Shown: one piece after another, positions 10,601 through 16,745 of the stretch
Position numbering within the stretch: position 1 is the stretch's first letter
How the letters are laid out: each line of letters starts with the position of its first letter
Source: a virus
Length of the DNA stretch: 39,467 nucleotides
Strand: one strand, 5' to 3'
Virus genome (UHGV): UHGV-0285531
The notes under the pieces: generated by a model
Told to the model about the DNA's origin: nothing
Seen by the model: only the letters and a program-made list of their open reading frames with translations
Database searches by the model: none
Position numbers and translations under genes: made by a program

Positions 10601-10885
10601 CTGATGGATGAAAACAGTACGAATTGTCGTTATGCTGTTCTGTGCTATGACAAGTATCCACGGATGACCGATACGGTATTTTCGCACAATGAAATCGTTG
10701 AACACACTGACGAGGAGGGTAATGTCACTACTACGGAAGAACCTGTATACACCGAGGTGGTTATTCACGAAGAGGGTGAGGAGTGGGGTGTTCGGCCTGA
10801 CGGAATTTTCTTTGCTGAAGCCGCTTATCAGAGAAGAAAACTGGAAAGAATCGAAGCCAGACTTTCTGCTCTTGAACAGAAGTAA
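7691..10885 (+). CDS. 17: tail fibre / tailspike with endo-N-acetylneuraminidase (endosialidase, K1 capsule depolymerase) and C-terminal intramolecular chaperone domain
   Basis: 1064 aa; N-terminal ~150 aa is T7 gp17-like adaptor ([25 protein letters not shown]...); remainder matches, by recollection, the phage K1F endosialidase including the C-terminal auto-cleaved chaperone segment; ATG 7691 after AGGAGG. Confidence 0.88.
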   Translation: [1064 protein letters not shown]

Positions 10886-11016
10886 TAAACAAACCCTTTG
10901 CCCTTAAGTTGGTTGGGTAGATGTTAGAAGGTTGTGGAGGTAGAGGCTAACTACACGCTAACCAACGTATGTAACAACTTTGGGTCATGGACGACCCGCT
11001 TTAAACTGGAGGTTTT

Positions 11017-11211
11017 ATGATTGAGTTAGACTTCAAGAATGAGGTCCTTAAAGCCTCTCCTATCGTCGGGACCGCTGCGGCTGATGGTGCCAGTCGGTTC
11101 TTCTTTGGACTTACACTGAACGAATGGTTCTACGTTGCAGCTATCGCGTACACCGTTGTCCAGATTGGTGTGCTAGTCTACAAAACGATTAAAGGAGGTG
11201 GTAAAACATGA
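11017..11211 (+). CDS. 17.5: holin (T7 gp17.5-like)
   Basis: 64 aa with a hydrophobic segment (WFYVAAIAYTVVQIGVLVY) and basic C-terminus; strong resemblance to T7 gp17.5 (…PIVGT…FFGL.LNEWFYVAAIAYTVVQIG…); RBS GGAGG. Confidence 0.8.
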   Translation: MIELDFKNEVLKASPIVGTAAADGASRFFFGLTLNEWFYVAAIAYTVVQIGVLVYKTIKGGGKT

Positions 11212-11471
11212 CGCAGATGGACTTAGAGAAGTTCCTCTTGATGCTTGATACTGAACGTGCTCGACTCATGCTGCAAGACTTGCGGGATGACACTAAGCGT
11301 TCACCTCAGCTTTACAACGCCATTGAGAAGCTACTGGCTCGTCACAACTTTGTGTTAAGCAAGGTGTCTGTGGACGAGAAGACGCTGGCTGATATGGAGG
11401 CCCTGAACGCAGAGTACGATAAGGTGCTTTCAGCGACTGAGGATAATGACACAGGGTATGGTGTTCAATAA
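11208..11471 (+). CDS. 18: terminase small subunit / DNA maturation protein A (T7 gp18-like)
   Basis: 87 aa; ATG overlaps holin stop; position between holin and Rz-like gene as in T7. Confidence 0.6.
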   Translation: MTQMDLEKFLLMLDTERARLMLQDLRDDTKRSPQLYNAIEKLLARHNFVLSKVSVDEKTLADMEALNAEYDKVLSATEDNDTGYGVQ

Positions 11472-11475
11472 GTGT

Positions 11476-11520
11476 TAGACTCAAGGTCATTACTATATGT
11501 AGTGGCCTTTATGGTTAACA
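11476..11520 (+). promoter_or_regulatory. conserved hairpin element, putative RNase III processing site (R18.5-like)
   Basis: tagactcaaggtcat-N12-gtggccttt; 8-bp stem (AAGGUCAU / GUGGCCUU with G-U pairs); one of three copies of the same element (also 19754 and 27515). Confidence 0.5.
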
Positions 11521-11572
11521 CTAACTAGTGGAGGCGACTCTACGTGAAATCTGATAAACCGGGAGGGCAACT

Positions 11573-12022
11573 ATGCTCGAATTTTTAAAGAGAGCGGCTC
11601 CGTGGTTACTTGCAGCAGTGATGTTTGCTGGTGGCTACCACACCGCTAACAATAAGTGGGAGGCTAAGGTCAATGCAGAATACACCTCGAATCTTAAGGC
11701 ATCGGAAGATACAAGGCTTGCTGTCCAAGCTGAAGTCAACAAAGTGTCCAAACGGTTTCAGGACGAAATGTCATCGCTGGAAGGCAGCACTGATAGGATT
11801 ATTGCTGACCTTCAGTCTGACAATAAGCGGCTGCTCATCCGAGTCAAACCTACGAGTGGAACCACGCAAAGTGACGGTCGATGCTTCATTGATGGTTACG
11901 CCGAACTTGACGAACGAGATGCTAAACGTCTTATCGCCATCGGAGTGAAAGGAGACAAGTGGATTAAGGCCCTTCAAGACACTGTGAGAGCCTTACAGCA
12001 AGAGAAGGAGGTGACGCATTGA
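11573..12022 (+). CDS. 18.5: Rz-like i-spanin (T7 gp18.5-like)
   Basis: 149 aa; N-terminal TM segment ([15 protein letters not shown]) then charged/coiled region; ATG 11573 after GGGAGGG. Confidence 0.7.
   Translation: MLEFLKRAAPWLLAAVMFAGGYHTANNKWEAKVNAEYTSNLKASEDTRLAVQAEVNKVSKRFQDEMSSLEGSTDRIIADLQSDNKRLLIRVKPTSGTTQSDGRCFIDGYAELDERDAKRLIAIGVKGDKWIKALQDTVRALQQEKEVTH
11673..11948 (+). CDS. 18.7: Rz1-like o-spanin lipoprotein embedded in +1 frame of gp18.5 (T7 gp18.7-like); start uncertain
   Basis: Embedded ORF with lipobox L-T-I-S-G-C preceded by hydrophobic stretch [12 protein letters not shown]; candidate starts ATG 11625 or ATG 11673. Confidence 0.45.
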   Translation: MQNTPRILRHRKIQGLLSKLKSTKCPNGFRTKCHRWKAALIGLLLTFSLTISGCSSESNLRVEPRKVTVDASLMVTPNLTNEMLNVLSPSE

Positions 12023-13782
12023 GTAAAGACTTAGTGGCGCGTCAGGCGCTAATGACTGCCCGTATGAAGGCAGACTTCGTGTTCTTCCTGTTCGTCCTGT
12101 GGAAAGCTCTGTCACTACCCGTCCCGACTCGCTGTCAGATTGACATGGCGAAGAAACTATCGGCTGGGGACAACAGGCGTTTCATCCTACAGGCGTTCCG
12201 TGGTATCGGGAAGTCATTCATTACGTGCGCATTCGTGGTATGGAAACTGTGGAACAACCCAGACTTGAAGTTCATGATTGTGTCGGCCTCAAAGGAACGA
12301 GCCGATGCGAACTCCATCTTCATCAAGCGAATCATCGACCTCATGCCTCAGCTTCAGGAACTTAAACCTAAGCAGGGACAGCGAGATGCGGTTATCAGCT
12401 TCGACGTTGGGCCAGCCAAGCCAGACCACTCACCTTCGGTTAAGTCCGTTGGTATCACTGGTCAGTTGACTGGTAGTCGTGCTGACATCCTGATTGCCGA
12501 TGACGTTGAGGTTCCTAACAACTCAGCGACTCAGGCTGCACGAGACCGACTATCAGAGCTTGTGAAAGAGTTCGACGCTATCCTGAAGCCGGGAGGTACA
12601 ATCATCTATCTGGGCACTCCTCAGAACGAGATGACCCTGTATCGTGAGTTGGAAGGTCGTGGGTATACCACTACTATCTGGCCAGCTCGTTATCCACGTG
12701 ATAAGAAGGACTGGCAGTCCTACGGCGACCGTCTGTCTCCTATGCTTCAGGCAGAGCTGGAAGAGGACCCTGAGTCCTTCTACTGGCGTCCTACCGATGA
12801 AGTACGATTCGATGATACGGACCTGAAGGAACGTGAGCTGTCCTATGGTAAAGCTGGCTTCGCTCTACAGTTCATGCTTAACCCTAACCTGAGTGATGCC
12901 GAGAAGTACCCTCTGAAGCTCCGTGACCTTATCGTAGCAGACTTGGACCCAGCGTCTAGCCCAATGGTCTACCAATGGCTTCCTAACCCTCAGAACAAGC
13001 GTGAGGACGTTCCTAACGTTGGACTCATGGGTGACTCATACCACACGTATCAGACTGTAGGTTCTGCCTTCAGTTCGTACACCCAGAAGATTCTAGTCAT
13101 TGACCCTAGCGGTCGTGGTAAGGATGAAACTGGTTATGTGGTACTGTACCAGCTAAACGGCTACATCTTCGCTATGGAAGTTGGCGGTATGCGAGGTGGC
13201 TATGAAGACTCTACGCTGGAAGCCTTGGCTAAGATTGGTCGTAAGTGGAAGGTCAACGAATACGTCATTGAGGGTAACTTCGGTGATGGTATGTACCTTG
13301 AGCTATTCAAGCCTGTAGCTTCCCGTATTCATCCTGCTGCTGTAACTGAAGTGAAGAGTAAGGGTCAGAAGGAACTCCGCATCTGTGACGTTCTGGAGCC
13401 TATCATGGGGTCTCACCGACTTATCGTCAACGCTGCTGCTATCGTCCAAGATTACCAGTCTGCCTCTGATAAGGATGGTGTTCGTAATCCTATCTACTCT
13501 CTCTTCTACCAGATGACACGTATCTCTCGTGAACGTGGAGCATTGGCACATGATGACCGACTTGATGCGCTGGCTATCGGTGTACAGTTCTTCGTTGAGT
13601 CTATGGCGAAGGATGCCAACAAAGGCGAACGTGAAGTCACTGAGGAGTGGCTGGAAGAACAGATGGAGAACCCACGGAAAGGCTTCGAGTCCATCCACAC
13701 TGAGTTCTGGGACAATGGGGTCCGGGTAACTCACAATACGGACGACGAGCTGGGACTAGGGTCCTACGTTACGTTCCACTAG
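12019..13782 (+). CDS. 19: terminase large subunit (T7 gp19-like)
   Basis: 587 aa; TTG start at 12019 with AGGAGGT 7 nt upstream (alternatives GTG 12034, ATG 12052); strong recollected identity to T7 gp19 ([89 protein letters not shown]). Confidence 0.9.
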   Translation: MSKDLVARQALMTARMKADFVFFLFVLWKALSLPVPTRCQIDMAKKLSAGDNRRFILQAFRGIGKSFITCAFVVWKLWNNPDLKFMIVSASKERADANSIFIKRIIDLMPQLQELKPKQGQRDAVISFDVGPAKPDHSPSVKSVGITGQLTGSRADILIADDVEVPNNSATQAARDRLSELVKEFDAILKPGGTIIYLGTPQNEMTLYRELEGRGYTTTIWPARYPRDKKDWQSYGDRLSPMLQAELEEDPESFYWRPTDEVRFDDTDLKERELSYGKAGFALQFMLNPNLSDAEKYPLKLRDLIVADLDPASSPMVYQWLPNPQNKREDVPNVGLMGDSYHTYQTVGSAFSSYTQKILVIDPSGRGKDETGYVVLYQLNGYIFAMEVGGMRGGYEDSTLEALAKIGRKWKVNEYVIEGNFGDGMYLELFKPVASRIHPAAVTEVKSKGQKELRICDVLEPIMGSHRLIVNAAAIVQDYQSASDKDGVRNPIYSLFYQMTRISRERGALAHDDRLDALAIGVQFFVESMAKDANKGEREVTEEWLEEQMENPRKGFESIHTEFWDNGVRVTHNTDDELGLGSYVTFH

Positions 13783-13876
13783 CTGAATGAATAACTATAG
13801 GCGAAAACTGAATTAATAAGTAGTTAGTAACCTATAGTTACTACCAGTCTAACCTACTGTTTTATAAGGAGTTTGG

Positions 13877-13899
13877 ACTTAACTATCACTATAGGGAAG
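13877..13899 (+). promoter_or_regulatory. phage RNAP promoter (phiOR-like), +1 G at 13894
   Basis: ggacttaactatcactatagggaagac, downstream of terminase, upstream of gp19.5-like ORF and genome right end. Confidence 0.75.
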
Positions 13900-14078
13900 A
13901 CCCCCGGTTACTTATAGTATTACTGTAGTGAATATACATATGCAGACTTTATGCAAGACCTTAGGAGGCAGACTCCGAGTTCTTACCTAAGGCTTGCACC
14001 GATGGAAGGAGGTGATATTAATCATAATACCTCCAATACAGATAGTCACCGACCATAGATACAGGAGGTATGTAGCAT

Positions 14079-14237
14079 ATGGCAAAGACCAAAGCTGTAC
14101 TTAAAGCTCTGGCGACCAATCGAGCTACATACAGGTTTCTTGCTACTGTTCTACTTGCTGCTGGCGTTACTGCTGGAAGTCAGTGGGTCGGGAGGGTCGA
14201 GACTCTCGTATGTTCTCTGGTGTCTCAGTGTAATTAA
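14079..14237 (+). CDS. small hydrophobic protein (T7 gp19.5 position)
   Basis: 52-aa ORF not in track (below size cutoff); ATG 14079 with AGGAGGT upstream; hydrophobic core LATVLLAAGVTAG; last ORF before terminal region. Confidence 0.35.
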   Translation: MAKTKAVLKALATNRATYRFLATVLLAAGVTAGSQWVGRVETLVCSLVSQCN

Positions 14238-14397
14238 CGCAATCATGGTAACGATTCATGAGAGGAAGACCTAAGGTCAGTTCATAGCTGACGCTACTCT
14301 ACTGACCTTAGCTACTGTAGTCAAGGACTTTAGGTAACACCTTAAGAGAAGCTCACTTAGGGTCATCCTACTTATTGGTCTATCCTAGTGTCGCCTG

Positions 14398-14436
14398 ACC
14401 TACGGTCCTTAACCTACAGTGGCTGTGGCCTACAGT
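14398..14436. repeat. short direct repeats (CCTACGG / CCTACAGT x3) near genome right end
   Basis: acctacgg..acctacagt..gcctacagt; analogous to T7 CCTAAAG-type heptamer arrays flanking the terminal repeat. Confidence 0.5.
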
Positions 14437-14474
14437 AGTGACGATGAGTTTTGGACCAAAAGTTTGAGACCACA

Positions 14475-14670
14475 TCTCACAGTTCAAGAACCTCAAGTCT
14501 CCCCCATAGGCCCTCTTTAAGTCCAGACCAAAGGCCCTACCCCAGTCTGTCATAAGGTTGGACCGATGGTCAAGACTTCAGGTCAACGATAGGTATAGGC
14601 TATGGCTTAGGGAAGGACGATAGGTAGGGGCTATAGGTCTGTCTCTGAGTCTCTATCTGTATAGTGTTAT
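14475..14670. repeat. genome terminus and direct terminal repeat (single collapsed copy); extent approximate
   Basis: tctcacagttcaagaacctcaagtctcccccatagg resembles the T7 left end as I recall it (TCTCACAGTGTACGG...CCCCCATAGG); noncoding; flanked on both sides by heptamer repeat arrays. Confidence 0.45.
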
Positions 14671-14684
14671 AGTATAACATTACG

Positions 14685-14757
14685 TCCTACACCTACAGTC
14701 TCACTAACCTACAGTCTCAACCATAAGACACCAACACCTACAGTCAGAGACCTACGG
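14685..14757. repeat. heptamer direct-repeat array (CCTACAC, CCTACAGTC x3, CCTACGG)
   Basis: tcctacacctacagtctcactaacctacagtctcaacc...acacctacagtcagagacctacgg; equivalent position to the T7 left-end CCTAAAG array. Confidence 0.6.
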
Positions 14758-14869
14758 TTAATAGACACAAAGGCTATAGACTTAAGGTCTAAGACATGTT
14801 AGTCAAAGACTATATCCTCTTACACCATGGGGCCGACGATAGCTTAATCAATATTATTTAAATAACCTA

Positions 14870-14898
14870 TTGACTATAGGTCCAGACTATGGCCTAAT
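14870..14898 (+). promoter_or_regulatory. candidate host sigma70 early promoter (A1-like)
   Basis: TTGACT at 14870-14875 preceded by AT-rich UP-like tract; 17-bp spacer then CCTAAT (poor -10); arrangement resembles T7 A1. Confidence 0.4.
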
Positions 14899-15009
14899 AG
14901 CTTCCGTCAACACGACACGGCAACAACCGGATAGTGAAGACGCCGGTCCGGTCCGGTTAAGTAGTCAGCCTGTAAGACATACGAACAACAGGCAACCGAC
15001 AGAAAGTAG

Positions 15010-15039
15010 TTGACAAGATGTAACGATAAGATGTAAGAT
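15010..15039 (+). promoter_or_regulatory. host sigma70 early promoter (A2/A3-like)
   Basis: TTGACA (15010-15015), 18-bp spacer, TAAGAT (15034-15039), followed by GTACCACAT as in T7 A3 by recollection. Confidence 0.55.
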
Positions 15040-15163
15040 GTACCACATCGAAACAACGGTGATGACCAACACTGAAACGGTCTACCTGAAGTCCTCTGAC
15101 TGAAGGGAATGCTCTTTAACAATCTGGATAAACTCTTAATGTGCGCCGATAGCGACTAACTAC

Positions 15164-15210
15164 AGGGCCTTTGAGTCTACATCTGAAGGCCCTGACTGAT
15201 AGTCACTAAC
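15164..15210 (+). promoter_or_regulatory. hairpin plus GACTGATAGTCACTAAC box, putative RNase III site (R0.3-like)
   Basis: AGGGCCTT-N14-AAGGCCCT perfect 8-bp inverted repeat followed by gactgatagtcactaac; related copies at 15487 and 16048. Confidence 0.5.
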
Positions 15211-15226
15211 TTAAAGGATGGACACT

Positions 15227-15472
15227 ATGAAACACTTAAGCACAATCACTAATCACAATGAAGTATTCGTGAACACTAAAGGTTATGCGTGGATTCAGCT
15301 TAAAGAGATGACAGGAGCGCGTCACCGTGTGGTAGTGCGCAAGGTCTCAAGCAAGCCGTTCAGCAACTACAGCGTAGATACTGTGCGTATAGACAACGAG
15401 ACCTACCTGATAGACTCGCAGATAACCGTGAGTCCTACAGCGGGCGTCTCAGCTCCTTATTTCGCTAACTGA
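15227..15472 (+). CDS. hypothetical early protein, first gene of the early operon (upstream of ocr)
   Basis: Track ORF 15218-15472; preferred start ATG 15227 (AAGGA 8 nt upstream); 81 aa; no homologue recognised. Confidence 0.55.
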   Translation: MKHLSTITNHNEVFVNTKGYAWIQLKEMTGARHRVVVRKVSSKPFSNYSVDTVRIDNETYLIDSQITVSPTAGVSAPYFAN

Positions 15473-15486
15473 GAGTGATTAACTAC

Positions 15487-15527
15487 AGGTCGTTAGACTC
15501 ATAGCGGCCTGACTGATAGTCACTAAC
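15487..15527 (+). promoter_or_regulatory. hairpin plus GACTGATAGTCACTAAC box, putative RNase III site
   Basis: AGGUCG-N12-CGGCCU stem then gactgatagtcactaac; near-duplicate of element at 15164. Confidence 0.5.
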
Positions 15528-15555
15528 ACATACTTAACTTTGAGAGGATATAACT

Positions 15556-15891
15556 ATGGAACGTAACGCTAACGCATACTATGAGCTGCTGGCTGCAACC
15601 GTTGAGCTGTTCAATGAGCGTATTCAGTGCGACGAAATAGCTGAAGGCGATGACTACAGCGATGCGCTACATGAGGTCGTAGACGGTAATGTTCCGCACT
15701 ATTACCACGAGATTTTCACGGTGATGGCTGCTGATGGTATTGACCATGAGTTCGAAGACTCTGGGCTGATGCCTGAGACCAAGGACGTAACGCGTATACT
15801 ACAAGCTCGCATCTATGAGGCACTGTATAACGATGTGTCTAATAGCTCTGAGGTGGTCTGGTTTGAGGCTGAAGAGGAGGACTGCGAGTGA
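15556..15891 (+). CDS. ocr: Ocr, DNA-mimic anti-restriction protein (T7 gp0.3-like)
   Basis: 111 aa, acidic; motif block VPHYYHEIFTVMAADGIDHEFEDSGLMPETKDVTRILQARIYEAL closely matches recollected T7 Ocr; RBS GAGAGGA. Confidence 0.88.
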   Translation: MERNANAYYELLAATVELFNERIQCDEIAEGDDYSDALHEVVDGNVPHYYHEIFTVMAADGIDHEFEDSGLMPETKDVTRILQARIYEALYNDVSNSSEVVWFEAEEEDCE

Positions 15892-16040
15892 TGGTAACTT
15901 ATGGTCTCTGCCAGCACCACGTCACCATCGCCCGGCTTATGGTCAAGACCGGGCGATTAAACCACGAGGAGTCTATGCGTCTCCTGAAGGTGGTCTATAA
16001 GCGCCGCAAACGTATGCACGACAGCTTACACACTGAGTGA
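15891..16040 (+). CDS. hypothetical small basic protein (49 aa), start overlapping ocr stop
   Basis: ATGA overlap with ocr stop; not in track (short); competes with 61-aa alternate-frame track ORF 15815-16000. Confidence 0.3.
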   Translation: MVTYGLCQHHVTIARLMVKTGRLNHEESMRLLKVVYKRRKRMHDSLHTE

Positions 16041-16047
16041 TAGACGA

Positions 16048-16072
16048 GAGGTCACGACTGATAGGTGGCCTC
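16048..16072 (+). promoter_or_regulatory. hairpin with GACTGATAG loop, putative RNase III site
   Basis: GAGGUCAC-gacugauag-GUGGCCUC, 8-bp stem including one G-U pair. Confidence 0.45.
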
Positions 16073-16105
16073 AAAGATTATCACTTAAATTGATAGGAGT
16101 TAACT

Positions 16106-16195
16106 ATGAACATCGGTTACTGGGTATGTCTAGCGCCAGTTATCTTGATGATAGGTTATGGGGTATACGATTGTATTAAACGGAAATCACTATGA
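16106..16195 (+). CDS. hypothetical 29-aa hydrophobic micro-protein
   Basis: ATG 16106 after TAGGAG; MNIGYWVCLAPVILMIGYGVYDCIKRKSL; stop overlaps next ATG (ATGA). Confidence 0.3.
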   Translation: MNIGYWVCLAPVILMIGYGVYDCIKRKSL

Positions 16196-16389
16196 TATCT
16201 GCATTATTGATAGCCATAGGCTATGGACTTATCGCCTACGTGCTGGTGAGAGACATCAACAAAGCTCGTAAAGTCTATAAATTCAACTATGTACGTCTGG
16301 GCCGCTGGACTGTACGTCAACCTAACGGACGATTTATGCGCAACTTAGCGAACGTCTGGGATATAGCAACTATTGGGAGCAAACTGTAA
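16192..16389 (+). CDS. hypothetical early membrane protein (65 aa)
   Basis: N-terminal hydrophobic helix ISALLIAIGYGLIAYVLV then basic region; translationally coupled to neighbours. Confidence 0.5.
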   Translation: MISALLIAIGYGLIAYVLVRDINKARKVYKFNYVRLGRWTVRQPNGRFMRNLANVWDIATIGSKL

Positions 16390-16649
16390 TGAAAACCGTA
16401 TACATTAACAAACCATCTATCCGTAGCCGTGTAGAGCAAATAGAGCGTGACGTGTTCTTACATCGCCGCATGGAGGCTGAGGGCCATAAGTACGAACTGA
16501 TGTGTCTGGCGTATGGTGGACGACCGATCACTGACGATGGTAAACTTTTAGTCTCAGGCTGGAAGGCGCTAGACCATCGGTCAGCCATCAAGCACACGAC
16601 TCACGGTGACTTCAGTCATCTTCACGCTAACCCACTGATATGCAAGTAA
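16389..16649 (+). CDS. hypothetical early protein (86 aa)
   Basis: ATG overlaps upstream stop (TAATG); no homologue recognised. Confidence 0.5.
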   Translation: MKTVYINKPSIRSRVEQIERDVFLHRRMEAEGHKYELMCLAYGGRPITDDGKLLVSGWKALDHRSAIKHTTHGDFSHLHANPLICK

Positions 16650-16654
16650 TTATG

Positions 16655-16677
16655 ACTTAACTATCACTATAGGACTC
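16655..16677 (+). promoter_or_regulatory. phage RNAP promoter immediately upstream of the RNAP gene, +1 G at 16672
   Basis: gacttaactatcactataggact; full consensus core; ~74 nt upstream of the RNAP start codon. Confidence 0.7.
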
Positions 16678-16745
16678 AAGGTCTAAGACTCCAAGTGAAA
16701 GACCAAAGAGATTTAAGTGAAAGACTAATAACAAGGACTTTAAGT

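Noticed and set aside
10985-11008. Possible terminator hairpin after the tail fibre gene (GGGTC-ATGGAC-GACCC)
   Set aside because: Only a 5-bp stem and no proper U-tract; it overlaps the holin RBS region, so more likely incidental
14398-14757. Possible CRISPR array suggested by short direct repeats
   Set aside because: Repeats are 7-9 nt heptamers with irregular short spacing and no spacer-repeat periodicity; they match the T7-type terminal-region repeat arrays
15815-16000. 61-aa track ORF overlapping the end of ocr
   Set aside because: Mostly inside ocr in another frame; the 49-aa ORF coupled to the ocr stop (15891-16040) is a more parsimonious gene, though itself low confidence
15227-16649. 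Presence of a T7 gp0.7-like protein kinase in the early region
   Set aside because: No early ORF is long enough or shows kinase motifs; the early genes are all under 120 aa
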